DNA of 63,230 bases, filler included, from Actinomycetota bacterium (lineage in GTDB: Bacteria > Actinomycetota > CADDZG01 > JAHWKV01 > JAOPZY01), in NCBI GenBank assembly GCA_025963875.1. It is 4 parts of 4 records of this genome, joined end to end, with 100 filler letters (N's around TTAATTAATTAA, not from the genome) between each part and the next. Parts side by side here need not be neighbours in the genome. Positions count along the whole stretch, not along the records: positions 29,165 to 54,785 come from JAOPZY010000100.1; 3 more parts are not named here. One strand, written 5' to 3'. Positions 29,381-40,251 of this stretch are shown one piece after another. The notes beneath the pieces were generated by a model. That model was not told the DNA's origin and made no database searches. It saw only the letters and a list, made by a program, of their open reading frames with translations. The position numbers were made by a program, and so were the translations under genes. Positions within the stretch are counted from its first letter, which is position 1; the number at the start of each line of letters is the position of its first letter.

Positions 29381-29500
29381 TCTTTGGTTGTTTCACCGCG
29401 TATTGCGCGGTGAAACAACCAAAGAATTCTCACAGCATTGGCAGGAACGCCCCAGGGCGGACCGATCCACCACTCAGAGTGCTGAATGGCATCCACTCTG
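29381..29500. repeat. Palindromic element, copy A
   Basis: Perfect 20-bp stem tctttggttgtttcaccgcg-tattg-cgcggtgaaacaaccaaaga, then ccactcagagtgctgaa; related to 36945-37050. Confidence 0.8.
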
Positions 29501-30078
29501 GGATTCGACTCGCTATTTTCGCGGCACCCTTTGCTGTCCTTAAACTGTGGACCTTCCATGCGTCCGGGGGCGTTTTCCCTGGTCAGGGGCTCATATGAAC
29601 AACCCACTGATAAAACCCCAGTTCAGAAGCCGGTTTTCTCTCTTGCGCCTCTACACTCGGCGATGCGACCAGGGGTTACGACGAGCACTTTTGCGCACCG
29701 AAACCCTTGACAACACCCGCGTGGCATTCCCGCGCTGTTCCCTTGTAGGTTGCCGGTCGCAGCCAGGGTCGTGACGCGATCCTGGAGCGCCGTGGCCAGG
29801 TACGCGCCGAGAGCCCGAGCAAGCCAGAACAGCTCAGTGCTTCCGAGCTTCCAGGACCAAGCCCCATGAAGTTGGCCGAAGCCATCCTTACCAAGACGCC
29901 CGTCTTCAGGGCGCCGTAGCACTCATACGCGAAGTTCTCATCGAGCCCGAAAGGGCAACATCCGACTTTGTGGGCACTGCGTCGGTATTCTATGGATATG
30001 AACAGTTCTTTTCACGAATTCTGATACTCTAGGGTGGTTTCTAGCGTTTTTGTAGAATGGCCAGAGAGAGGTTAGCAA

Positions 30079-33000
30079 GTGGATTTATCCACGGCTCCGA
30101 TGGAGGCTGTTGATGCTTCGGTCCTTTTGAAGGTTCTGGCAAAGATCAAGGGGGGCGACTTCACGGCCCGGATGCCGCTGGAGTGGACGGGCGTCCCCGG
30201 CAAAGTTGCCGACGGCCTGAACGACCTGATCATCGCCAACCAGGCTCTCGACTCGGAGCTGGCCCGCGTCGCTGAGGCGGTTGGCAAGCAAGGCAAGCTG
30301 TCGCAACGCCTCGTCCTCGGTGGTTGGACGCAGAGCTGGTCCGGAAGTATCCATTCGGTCAACACATTGATCGACGACCTGGTGCGCCCAACCCTCGAGA
30401 TGCAGCGGGTCATCGGTGCCGTGGCCGACGGGGACCTGAGCAAGAAGGTGACAGCCGATGTCGGTGGCGAAATGCTGGAACTGAAGAACACGATCAATGC
30501 CATGGTCGACCAGCTGAACGGGTTTGTCTCCGAGGTGACCCGGGTGGCCCGGGAGGTGGGAACCGAGGGCAAGCTGGGCCAGGCGGCCGCAGTCACCATC
30601 GAGGTCGGCGGCGTCTGGAAGGACCTGACCGACAACGTGAACCTGATGGCCGGCAACCTGACCGGGCAGGTACGCAACATCGCCGAGGTCACGACAGCGG
30701 TGGCCAACGGGGACCTGAGCAAGAAGATCTCCATCGACGTGAAGGGGGAGTTCCTGGAGCTGAAGAACACCGTCAACACGATGGTGGATCAGCTCAAGAC
30801 GTTTGCCGGCGAGGTGACGCGAGTCGCCCGTGAAGTCGGGGTCGAGGGCAAGCTTGGTGGTCAGGCACAGTCGAGGGAAGTGGCCGGTGTCTGGAAGGAC
30901 CTGACCGACAACGTCAACCAACTGGCCGCCAACCTCACCAACCAGGTGCGGGCCATCGCCGACGTTGCCGCCGCGGTGACGGAGGGCGACCTCACCCGCC
31001 AGGTCAGTGTCGAGGCAAGCGGCGAGGTTGCGGTGCTCAAGGACAAGCTCAATGAGATGATCCGCAACCTCCGGGAGACGACGAGGCAGAACATCCAGCA
31101 GGACTGGCTCAAGACCAACCTGGAACGCTTCACCCGGATGCTGCAGGGCCAGCGCGACCTTGCCGCGGTCTCCAACATGATTCTCTCCGAGCTCGCCCCC
31201 CTCGTCTCGGCCCAGCACGGGGTCTTCTACACGATGAGCCGCCCCCCGGACGGGGCTGAGCCGGTGCTGCAGTTCGAGGCCGGGTACGGCTACGAGGAGC
31301 GCAAGCACCTCGCCAAGACGTTCCACGTGGGCGAGGGCCTGGTCGGCCAGTGCGCCAAGGAGAAGAAACGGATTCTGCTCACGCAGGTACCGGGCGACTA
31401 CGTCCGGATCAACTCGGGGCTCGGCGAGTCCTCGCCGCTCAACATCGTCGTCCTCCCGGTCCTGTTCGAGGGCTCGGTGCGGGCGGTGATCGAGCTCGCC
31501 TCGTTCTCCCCGTTCAGCGTCACCCACCAGGCGTTCCTCGATCAGCTGACCGACAGCATCGGCCTCGTGCTGAGCACCATCGAAGCCAGCACCCTCACGG
31601 AGGACCTGCTCAAGCAGTCCCAGTCCCTAGCGGAAGAGCTGCGTTCGCAGCAGGAGGAACTCCGGGGATCCAACGAAGACCTGGGACGGCAGGCGAGGCT
31701 CCTCGCCGACAGAAACATCGAGGCGGAGCAGAAGAACAAGGAGGTGGAGCTCTCCAAACGGTTGGTGGAGGAGAAAGCGGGTGAACTCGCCGTCTCCGGG
31801 AAGTACAAGTCCGAGTTCATCGCAAACATGTCCCACGAGCTTCGCACCCCCCTCAACTCTCTACTGATCCTTGCCGAGCAACTGGAGGCGAATTCGGACG
31901 GCAACATGACCGCCAAGCAGGTGGAATGGGCCACTGTCATCCTCAGCTCCGGCCAGGACCTGCTCAACCTCCTCAACGAGATTCTGGACCTGGCGAAGGT
32001 CGAATCGGGCACGAGCACGGTCAAGATGACGGAACTCTCCATGTCCGACCTCCACACCTTCCTGCTCCGCGAGTTCGAACACGTCGCCCAGGGCAAGGGG
32101 CTCACCTACACCGTCGATGTCGCTCCCAACAGCCCAGGTCGTCTCATTACGGATCCTCAGCGACTCCGCCAGATCCTCAAGAACCTCCTGGCCAATGCAT
32201 TCAAGTTCACCGAGGTCGGCCAGGTGCATGTAGCCATCGGCTCGGCAATCCAGGGGTGGAGCCCGGAGGTCACATCGCTCACAGATGCCCCCGGTGTGCT
32301 CGTCATCTCCGTGAGCGACACGGGTGTGGGCATAGAAAAGTCCCAACAACAACGGATTTTCGAGGCGTTCGCGCAAGGCGACGGCACCACTGCCCGCCTC
32401 TTCGGGGGCACGGGCCTCGGCCTTTCCATCAGTCGTGAACTGGTTGGCCTGCTCGGCGGCGAGATCACCGTCGCAAGCGCCCCAGGGCAGGGCAGCACGT
32501 TTACCGTCTATCTGCCATCCAGTAGGCCCCCGACCCAGACTCGTGCCGCGATCGCCAAGACCGCCACTCCCTCTCTTGAGCTACCAACCACCACGCTGCC
32601 GAAGATTGATGTCTCTCTGGCCCTTCCGGAACTCTCCCCACCGTCCCAGACTGAAGTGTCCCCGCCCCTCCCTGCCCTCCACACCACGACCAACGGGCAC
32701 GGCCTCGATCCACCATCTCCCAGGCCTAGGGGTGTTCACGACCTTGGCGGGAAGAGGGTTCTTGTCGTCGACGACGACTTTCGAAACGTCTTCGCTATGA
32801 CAGCGCTGCTCGAGCGAGCCCACGGCGACGTCACGGTCGCCGAGAGTGGTGCGGAGGCCATTGCTATCCTCGAACGATCCCCCGGCATCGATATCGTTCT
32901 CATGGACATCATGATGCCGGTGATGGACGGCTACGCCGCTATTCGCGCCATCCGGGCCGACGACGCCCTGAAGGCCGTCCCCATCATCGCCGTCACGGGC

Positions 33001-33135
33001 AAAGTCATGCCCGGCGAGCGCCAGCGCTGTATCGACGCTGGCGCGAATGACTTCGTTCCGAAGCCTACGAACACGCTGGAGCTCATGGCGGTCATGGCGC
33101 CCTGGCTCGGGCTGGCTGCCCGGCCAATTCATTGA
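30079..33135 (+). CDS. Poly-HAMP - GAF - histidine kinase - receiver hybrid kinase (OsaA / group III-like)
   Basis: About 7 HAMP units (GDLSKK / EGKLG alternation, WKDLTDNVN), GAF (GEGLVGQCA), [28 protein letters not shown], and REC (VDDD, MDIMMP). Confidence 0.93.
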   Translation: MDLSTAPMEAVDASVLLKVLAKIKGGDFTARMPLEWTGVPGKVADGLNDLIIANQALDSELARVAEAVGKQGKLSQRLVLGGWTQSWSGSIHSVNTLIDDLVRPTLEMQRVIGAVADGDLSKKVTADVGGEMLELKNTINAMVDQLNGFVSEVTRVAREVGTEGKLGQAAAVTIEVGGVWKDLTDNVNLMAGNLTGQVRNIAEVTTAVANGDLSKKISIDVKGEFLELKNTVNTMVDQLKTFAGEVTRVAREVGVEGKLGGQAQSREVAGVWKDLTDNVNQLAANLTNQVRAIADVAAAVTEGDLTRQVSVEASGEVAVLKDKLNEMIRNLRETTRQNIQQDWLKTNLERFTRMLQGQRDLAAVSNMILSELAPLVSAQHGVFYTMSRPPDGAEPVLQFEAGYGYEERKHLAKTFHVGEGLVGQCAKEKKRILLTQVPGDYVRINSGLGESSPLNIVVLPVLFEGSVRAVIELASFSPFSVTHQAFLDQLTDSIGLVLSTIEASTLTEDLLKQSQSLAEELRSQQEELRGSNEDLGRQARLLADRNIEAEQKNKEVELSKRLVEEKAGELAVSGKYKSEFIANMSHELRTPLNSLLILAEQLEANSDGNMTAKQVEWATVILSSGQDLLNLLNEILDLAKVESGTSTVKMTELSMSDLHTFLLREFEHVAQGKGLTYTVDVAPNSPGRLITDPQRLRQILKNLLANAFKFTEVGQVHVAIGSAIQGWSPEVTSLTDAPGVLVISVSDTGVGIEKSQQQRIFEAFAQGDGTTARLFGGTGLGLSISRELVGLLGGEITVASAPGQGSTFTVYLPSSRPPTQTRAAIAKTATPSLELPTTTLPKIDVSLALPELSPPSQTEVSPPLPALHTTTNGHGLDPPSPRPRGVHDLGGKRVLVVDDDFRNVFAMTALLERAHGDVTVAESGAEAIAILERSPGIDIVLMDIMMPVMDGYAAIRAIRADDALKAVPIIAVTGKVMPGERQRCIDAGANDFVPKPTNTLELMAVMAPWLGLAARPIH

Positions 33136-33519
33136 ACGCAATTCGTGGGAAATGCGCCCATCTCTGTGGACGATATCAGCTAGATTCGCGTCTGCGAAGG
33201 GCTGGCTCTGCCTGGACCGAATATTTGATCTCCGTCCGCGCGCCGGCTAGTCGGGTTTGTGTATGGCCCACTACCTTCGTTAAAGAGACGACCGGCGCAA
33301 TGGCTGTGCCCACCCTGGTAGGGGCTTCCGGACACCGTCCGCCACCCTGCCTGGCATCGATCGGCGTCTGACTCTCCGGACATATGCCCCAGGACGACTC
33401 TCGTCCACATGATCCACCCTCCGGGGTCCAATGAGCGTTTGGGATGGCGATGCAGCCTATCGGGGTCCAACAATGGACGGGAGAGCGACCCGATTGAATC
33501 GGAGCCGGAAGAGCAAGCA

Positions 33520-36500
33520 ATGACCTTGTCGAGTCCTGTCACAACGGAGACCCCAGTGTCCAGCGACCCCGTCACGACACGCCTCGGGGCTCACGTGGTC
33601 GAGTTCTATGGGACAGACGAGTGTCTGGTCGAAGGCCTCCGCGAGTACCTGACCAGAGGTCTGACCGACGGCGAGACTGTTGTCGTCCTGGCCACCCCGA
33701 ATCGTCGCCGGCAGGTAAGGGTGGCCTTGATCGGCGCCGGGGTCAACGTCGTTGCCGTCGAAGCACTGGGCCAGTACGTACGATTGGACGCGTCCAAATG
33801 CCTGTCGATGATCATGGCTGACGGTCTGCCGGACCCGGTGCGGTTCCGCGAGTCCATTGGCGGCCTCATCGCCCAGGCAGGCGCAAAAGGACAACGTGTT
33901 CGGGTGTACAGCGAGATGGTGGCCATGCTGTGGGCCGATGGTCAGATCACCGCTGCCCTCGCCTTGGAGAGACTCTGGAACGACCTGGGCACCACCCATG
34001 CCTTCGCCCTCTATTGTGCCTACCCCGGGGCTGCGTTCGAGGGAGGCGCTGGCACCGAAGAGTTCCGGAGAATCTGCGACCTGCACTCCCGGGTCACGTT
34101 CAGCGACCCAGGCTCGATGCTCCCGCATGCCCTTCGGGAAGTTGGAGACTGTCCGGCCCGTGCGGGAGAGGTAATCGACGAGGTCGGTGTCCTGGCAAGC
34201 GCAGGCCCGAAGGAGAACGCCTTTCGCGTCCTCCTGGAGAACCTTTCGGAGGTCGTGGTTACGGTCGATGCCCAGACGAGGCTCCTGTACTGCAGTCCAG
34301 CCGTCGAAGTCACCCTTGGCCATAGCCCCGAGGCGCTCATCGGAACGGATCTACTGACGTTGCTCCACCCGGACGACCGTACTGCGATGCAGAGAGTGTT
34401 CCGGTTGACCGATACAGAAGTTGCTCTTGGGCCGTATCGGATGCGAGGTCGGCATGCCGACGGGAGTTGGCATTGGCTGGACCTGGTGACAAGTAAGCTT
34501 GATCCGGCATTTGGTCTCGGTGCTTTTGCAGTCATTGCCCAAGATGTCACTGACCCCGTTACCGGTTTGCCCGATCGGACGGGAATCATCGTCAATCTCA
34601 GTGAGGCCCTCAACACGTTCGGGCGCGAGGGGCAGCCCTTCACGGTTCTCCTGGTGGATCTCGACCGGTTCGCCGTCCTCAATGACAGCCTGGGGCCAAT
34701 GGCGGGCGATCTCGTGCTTCGCGTGGTCGGCGAGCGAATCAGTGCCGCCTGTGGACCCGACGCGACTGTGGCCCGCTCCGGGGGAGACGAGTTCTGCGTC
34801 ATCCTGCCGAGAGCTCCGCTCGCCGCCGAAACATGCGCCGCGGAGATTGCTGGCGCAATCAGGCAACAGATTGACGTCGGGGGCCAGCAGGTGCGAGTCA
34901 GCGCCAGCCTGGGGATCGTCCACGCCGGACCCGACGACACCCCCTATGGGCTGCTCGCCGATGCCGAGATGACCGTGCGCGAGGCGCGATCGGGCGAGCA
35001 TCCCTCCGTCTTCGACGCCGTGATTCGCACGGCCCGTCGGAACCTGTTCGAGACCGAAGTCAAGCTCCGCATGGCTTTGGATGAAGATCAACTTGTGGTG
35101 TTCTATCAGCCGATCATCGATCTCACCACCGGTGCAGTCAGAGCCGTGGAAGCCCTGGTCCGGTGGGAACATCCCGACCTCGGGCTGATCCCACCCTCGG
35201 AGTTCATTCCTCTGGCCGAGGCCACAGGATTGATCGTCCCGCTCGGTGCCAGCGTTTTGACCAAGGCTCTCAGGGCATCGGTAGCGTGGCCGGCGGGTCC
35301 GACTGGCCGGGCACCACGGGTGTGCGTCAACCTCGCCGCCCGTCAGTTGTCCGACTCGGGCCTGGTGGACATGGTGGCCTCGCTGCTTGCGGAGACTGGT
35401 GCAGACCCATCTCAGCTCCTCCTGGAGGTCACCGAGAACGATGCGATGCGCGACGCTGATTCGGCTCTGGTCGTGCTCGGCCGGCTGCGGGCTCTCGGCG
35501 TAGGTCTGAGCCTCGACGACTTCGGCACCGGCTACAGTTCGCTCTCCTATCTGGAGCGCTTTCCCGTGCAGACGCTCAAGATCGACAGGTCTTTCGTGTC
35601 CAGGCTGATGGCCGACGGACGAGATCGGACCATCGTTGGCGCCGTGGTGCAGTTGGCCCGGAGTCTCGGCCTTGCCACGGTGGCCGAGGGCGTCGAGACC
35701 GAAGTCCAGCTTGACGCGGTGCGGAGCTTGGGCTGCACCATGGTCCAGGGGTACCTGTTTGTTCGACCGATGCCGGTGGAGCGCTTCCTCGAGTATCTGG
35801 TGCGCACGTACGTCGCTGTTGCCTCGGACTCTGGCTCCATCGGGCAGACGAGAGGTGAGGACTTGGCCCTGTTCGATGCAGAGGCCAGGCGAGCGATCGA
35901 GGAGAACCTCGTGCTTCAAGATGAACTGCGTGCCGACAAACCCGAAGGTGGACTCGACCAACGGACGGAAGAACTTGCCAGCGCCCCGAGGGCGGAGGTG
36001 ACGGCAATCGCCGCGCTCAAAAGGCAACACATTCTGACCGCCACACAAGCCGAGGTCGATCCGCAAATGGCAGCGGCCCGCCTAGCGGCAACACGCGCCC
36101 TGATTCGCGTTGAGTCGGTTGAGGGCGCTGTCGGTGTCTGCATCGGGTTGGTTCATGATCTCGGCGGCTGGATGATACCCGCTCGGCTGGACAACGGCCA
36201 AGCTCTCCCGCTCGACTGTGCCTTCGGAAGCGGAGAGCCAATCTTCCCGATCGCAGACCCCGGCCTCGCCAGGCTCCGGCTCGAGCAGGCCCTGCCCGAG
36301 GTGCTCGAGGACGTCCGCGAGGCCATCGCCCGCATCCGTAAACATGGCGACTCGGATCGTGAGGCCCACACCGACCCACTGACCGGGCTCCTCAACCGCC
36401 GAACCGCGGTGCGCATTCTCGGCCGTCTCCGGCCAGACGATGCCCTTATCACGTTTGATCTCGACCGCTTCAAGGCTGTGAATGACACCTGGGGTCACGC

Positions 36501-36846
36501 GGCCGGCGACGCGGTGCTCATCGCCTTCTCCCGCACGCTGCGTGATGCGAGCAGGGCCACGGACTACTGCGTTCGCCTTGGGGGCGAAGAGTTTCTCGTC
36601 ATCCTTACGGGCATGACGGACCCTGATGTGGGCGCCTTTCTCGAACGACTCCACGAGACGTGGGCAGTAAGTCGTCCCCGAGACCTCACCTACTCTGCAG
36701 GGGTCTCCTGGGTTGGGAACCGACCGCCATCCGAGGCCCTTGCCGACGCCGACAAGGCGCTGTATGCCGCGAAGGGCGCTGGCCGCGACCGGGTTCTGAT
36801 CGCCCGGGACGGGCTGGGCGGGACAGCCTGGCAGGCCCTCGGATAA
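33520..36846 (+). CDS. MEDS-PAS-GGDEF-EAL-GGDEF c-di-GMP metabolising protein
   Basis: MEDS (HVVEFY, EMVAMLW, LERLWN, CAY), PAS (LHPDD, DGSWHW), SGGDEF, EALVRW, DDFGTGYSS, second domain DPLTGLLN..LGGEEF. Confidence 0.9.
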   Translation: MTLSSPVTTETPVSSDPVTTRLGAHVVEFYGTDECLVEGLREYLTRGLTDGETVVVLATPNRRRQVRVALIGAGVNVVAVEALGQYVRLDASKCLSMIMADGLPDPVRFRESIGGLIAQAGAKGQRVRVYSEMVAMLWADGQITAALALERLWNDLGTTHAFALYCAYPGAAFEGGAGTEEFRRICDLHSRVTFSDPGSMLPHALREVGDCPARAGEVIDEVGVLASAGPKENAFRVLLENLSEVVVTVDAQTRLLYCSPAVEVTLGHSPEALIGTDLLTLLHPDDRTAMQRVFRLTDTEVALGPYRMRGRHADGSWHWLDLVTSKLDPAFGLGAFAVIAQDVTDPVTGLPDRTGIIVNLSEALNTFGREGQPFTVLLVDLDRFAVLNDSLGPMAGDLVLRVVGERISAACGPDATVARSGGDEFCVILPRAPLAAETCAAEIAGAIRQQIDVGGQQVRVSASLGIVHAGPDDTPYGLLADAEMTVREARSGEHPSVFDAVIRTARRNLFETEVKLRMALDEDQLVVFYQPIIDLTTGAVRAVEALVRWEHPDLGLIPPSEFIPLAEATGLIVPLGASVLTKALRASVAWPAGPTGRAPRVCVNLAARQLSDSGLVDMVASLLAETGADPSQLLLEVTENDAMRDADSALVVLGRLRALGVGLSLDDFGTGYSSLSYLERFPVQTLKIDRSFVSRLMADGRDRTIVGAVVQLARSLGLATVAEGVETEVQLDAVRSLGCTMVQGYLFVRPMPVERFLEYLVRTYVAVASDSGSIGQTRGEDLALFDAEARRAIEENLVLQDELRADKPEGGLDQRTEELASAPRAEVTAIAALKRQHILTATQAEVDPQMAAARLAATRALIRVESVEGAVGVCIGLVHDLGGWMIPARLDNGQALPLDCAFGSGEPIFPIADPGLARLRLEQALPEVLEDVREAIARIRKHGDSDREAHTDPLTGLLNRRTAVRILGRLRPDDALITFDLDRFKAVNDTWGHAAGDAVLIAFSRTLRDASRATDYCVRLGGEEFLVILTGMTDPDVGAFLERLHETWAVSRPRDLTYSAGVSWVGNRPPSEALADADKALYAAKGAGRDRVLIARDGLGGTAWQALG

Positions 36847-36944
36847 GGCGGACTTGGTTTCACGGTCTCAATCTCACGCAGCGTGGTCACCTTCGGGGTT
36901 GAAGGGCGGCGTCTTGGCCAAGATGTTGTATTCTCGGGAGGCCC

Positions 36945-37121
36945 AGAGAATCTTGTGGTTGTTTGACCGCGCCATGCGCGGTCAAACAGACACTCGATTT
37001 CGAGACAGCCCCCGCGGACGCTGGATACAACCACTCAGCGTGGTGAACCTTGCTCCCCACCCCCGCCGAACGCGAAGTCGAGTGAGTTCTCCGTGTCACA
37101 CACGGCGAAGTCGCCGGACTT
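36945..37121. repeat. Palindromic element, copy B, and adjacent hairpins
   Basis: tgtttgaccgcg-ccatg-cgcggtcaaaca, then ccactcagcgtggtgaa, then gaagtc..ccgtgt-cac-acacgg..gacttc. Confidence 0.72.
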
Positions 37122-37153
37122 CCCTTTTGGCCGCTAAGTAAACGGTATTGCGA

Positions 37154-37861
37154 TTAGCCCTGGGGATGTACTTCGGAAGGACCACCGCTCTGGCCGGGGA
37201 CGACCAGACCGCTCTCGTAGGCCAGGACCACCAGCTGGGTGCGGTCCCGGGCGTCGAGCTTGGTCAGTATCCGGGACACATGCGATTTGCAGGTCAGGGG
37301 GCTGATGAAGAGTTGCTCGGCGATCTCGGCGTTGGTCAACCCGCCGGCGATCAGTCGGAGGATCTCGATCTCCCGGGCGGTGAGCGACGACGGCACCCCG
37401 GAGCCCGCAGGTTTCGGCGTCTTTTGATTGTCGAGGTAGGCCTCGATAAGGCGGCGGGTGGCTCCTGGCTCCAGGAGAGCATCGCCGCGGGCGACGGTCC
37501 TGACCGCGTCAATGAGCGCCGGCGGCTCCACCCCCTTGAGAAGAAAGCCGCTTGCGCCGGCCCGTATGGCCCCAAAAACATATTCGTCGAGATCGAATGT
37601 CGTCAACACAACGACTCTCGTGCCTCGAAGGCGGGGGTTGGCGGTGATGAGCCGAGTCGCCTGGAGGCCGTCCATTCCGGGCATGCGGATGTCCATCAGC
37701 ACCACATCAGGGATTTCCCGGACCGCCACCGCGACCGCTTCTTCCCCGTCGGTGGCTTCTCCGACGACGTCAATGTCGGCCTCGCCGCTCAAGATCGAGT
37801 GGAACCCGGCCCGCACCAGGGGGTGGTCGTCGACGACCAGTACCCGGATCACCGCCATCAC
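37154..37861 (-). CDS. NarL/LuxR family response regulator
   Basis: VVDDH, DVVLMDIRMP, LTTFD, FLLK; LTARE..GLTNAEIA HTH. Confidence 0.95.
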   Translation of the reverse strand: MMAVIRVLVVDDHPLVRAGFHSILSGEADIDVVGEATDGEEAVAVAVREIPDVVLMDIRMPGMDGLQATRLITANPRLRGTRVVVLTTFDLDEYVFGAIRAGASGFLLKGVEPPALIDAVRTVARGDALLEPGATRRLIEAYLDNQKTPKPAGSGVPSSLTAREIEILRLIAGGLTNAEIAEQLFISPLTCKSHVSRILTKLDARDRTQLVVLAYESGLVVPGQSGGPSEVHPQG

Positions 37862-39036
37862 GATCCTTGCGCGCCAAGGGGAATACAGGCTCGCACGCGC
37901 CAGCCGACACCGTCGATCGGGCCAGCCTCGCAGCTCCCGCCGAGTGCAGCTGCCCGCTCCTTCATGCCCCGCACGCCATGACCGCCAGACGGCGGATCGT
38001 CCGACCGCGGCCGTCCGTTGTCTACCACCTCAACAACCAGCGCCCGGTCTTCAATGCCGACCATGACGGACGCCCGATCGGCGGTGGAATGGCGTAGGAC
38101 GTTGGTGAGCCCCTCCTGGACGATTCGGTATCCGGCATGGCCGATGGTCGCAGGCAGCGACGGCGTTGCCCTGGTCATCTCGAGATTGACCCCGAGTCCC
38201 GCGCTTTGCACGCCGGCAACAAGATCCGCGAGATCGGCCAGCCCCTGGAGGGGGTGCAGCGGCGGCTCGTCAGCGTGAGCGGCGCGCAGGGTCCTCAGGG
38301 TCGATCGCAGCTCGGCAAGTGCCCCGGCCGACTCGGCGGCGATGTCGTCCAACGCCGAAATTGCATCGGGTCCAGGTCCCTGACGGGCACGATGGGCCGC
38401 CGCCGAGGCGCGAACGTTGATTGCCACGAGTGTGTGTCCGACAACGTCGTGCAATTCATGGGCCCACCCCAGGCGCTCCTCATCGAAGCGGTGCTGCGCC
38501 GACGCCTCGCGCTGCCGAGCCGCCTCCTCGGATTTGGTGCGCTCGAGCGCCTGACGGGCCCGGAGCGCCTCGCCCGCGAAGAGGGCGCCCAATACCAGCG
38601 AGAAGTAAGCCACAACATCGGCCGCTGATGGCCGGTGGGTGGTGAGAAGGACCGCGAGAGTCACCACCGGTGCCATCAGCGCGCCCACGATCAAGGAGCG
38701 GACTCGACCCCCCTCGACGGCTACTGTGAACACCAACAGCATCACCACGCCTACGGCAGCCCGATTCGGGTGAAACACGGCCAGACACACCAGCAGCAAC
38801 GGCACGACACAGGCCAGGACGCCCAGAGGAAAACGCCGCCGAAGCAACAAGGGAAGCGATGACAGCAGGGACAGGATCACGGCCACGGGTGTCACCTCGC
38901 CGATTCCGTGGTTCATGACACGATCGAAGACCAGAGCTATGAAGGCGACCAGGGCCAAGGCCACGTCGACGTCTGGAGCCCGAAGCAGCTCGCGTAACCA
39001 GGTGCGGCCGCTGGCGACCAGCCGCGTCGTGATCAT
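37858..39036 (-). CDS. Intramembrane-sensing histidine kinase (HisKA_3)
   Basis: Several N-terminal TM helices; ELHDVVGH, RIVQEGLTNVLRH, DNG, GHGVRGMKER; stop overlaps the RR start. Confidence 0.92.
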   Translation of the reverse strand: MITTRLVASGRTWLRELLRAPDVDVALALVAFIALVFDRVMNHGIGEVTPVAVILSLLSSLPLLLRRRFPLGVLACVVPLLLVCLAVFHPNRAAVGVVMLLVFTVAVEGGRVRSLIVGALMAPVVTLAVLLTTHRPSAADVVAYFSLVLGALFAGEALRARQALERTKSEEAARQREASAQHRFDEERLGWAHELHDVVGHTLVAINVRASAAAHRARQGPGPDAISALDDIAAESAGALAELRSTLRTLRAAHADEPPLHPLQGLADLADLVAGVQSAGLGVNLEMTRATPSLPATIGHAGYRIVQEGLTNVLRHSTADRASVMVGIEDRALVVEVVDNGRPRSDDPPSGGHGVRGMKERAAALGGSCEAGPIDGVGWRVRACIPLGAQGS

Positions 39037-39344
39037 GTGGACCGCGGCTGGAAGATCAGTGCCAAGCCAAGAGCGTTGAGCGCCGCAGCACATCTGCCGC
39101 CTTCTCTCGGCCGGGTCGGCTCGATCGTGCCCTGGATCCCCAAAGCTGCTCCTTGTATCGACTCACCAGCAGCGGCCGAACAAGCCTGAACGTGGCACTC
39201 CCACGTACGTGTGCGCTCCGTCGCGCTTGCCCTGTCGCGAACCATTCCGTCGGTGGCACAGTAGTCCTCGTCTCCGGCGGCGTCCCCTATCAGGCGGTCC
39301 CCTGCGCCGAACTCAGGCATCTGCTGTCCAAGGGCAGCCGCTCC

Positions 39345-39852
39345 TCAAGGCTGGGCCATTGCGGTGATCGAGTCTGGGGCGCGCTCGATGTCCCTACCAT
39401 CGAACGCCTTCCGGATTCGGGATGCGCCAGCGCCGATGTTCCTTTGCATCGTCCGGCTTGCCCGCTCGAATCTCTTGGTGAGCGAGCCTTCGGGCTTCAT
39501 TTCCGCCACGACGACAAGGGCGACCTCACCCGCGTCCAGCAATTCACCCAGGTCCTTCATGTCTGCCCGTGACATCCCACCCCAGAGATGCCCAACCAGC
39601 GATCCGATCGCGATGTCGGCGACAAGCAGCGGAGGGACAGAAGGCCGACCACCGCTCCCGCGAGCGCACCCTGGCGCAATGTCTTTTCGTCCTTGTCGAC
39701 GTGGACCCTGCCGTCGTCATCCTTCGTGATCACAGCTGCATCAAAGATTCCAACGGTGCCAACGTGATCGAGCAGGATGTCGTCGTAATCGCCTCCGCCT
39801 CCGCTTTCGAGTCATAGACACCGACGAACACCATGACGGCGTTCTCTTCCAT
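39345..39852 (-). pseudogene. DUF1269-like protein with two frameshifts
   Basis: Three frames join into MEENAVMVFVGVYDS.. / DYDDI..FDAAVITKDDDGRVHVDKDEK / GHLWGGMSRADMKDLGELLDAGEVALVVV. Confidence 0.72.
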
Positions 39853-40251
39853 TTCGGTCTCCTTCGTTGAGGGCCCTCGACTGACGGCCTCTCCATGGAG
39901 GTTACGGGGGGGCGGGCCTTAGGAACATCTGGCTCGCGGACGCAAATCGTGACGCCCAGCTCCTCCTCGGCGTGTAGCTCTGCAGGACGACCAGCAGCTA
40001 CATGATGAGGAGCCTCCCGCTTTCCTACGGTGCCAGCCATTCTTGCTCCAGCCGTCCCGCCGGCCTGGGCGGCTATTCACCGTCCAGCAAGGGCCACATG
40101 ACCACGAACGTGTGCATCCGGCGCACTACATCCCGAGGACGACCGATGCGACGCGATTGTGTCCGCTCGGCCGATGATCCTCGAGCCGCCCAGGATCATC
40201 GTCCTCTGCAGAGGTTCCTGCCCCCCGGAACCCATAGCGAAAGAGGGTGAA

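Noticed and set aside
29165..30070. Possible CRISPR array or integron attC sites among the palindromes
   Set aside because: No identical regularly spaced repeats, no cas or intI gene, and the single GTTAGAC has no matching RYYYAAC partner
30400..31080. Long DNA direct repeats at ~276-bp period
   Set aside because: Explained by the poly-HAMP protein repeats
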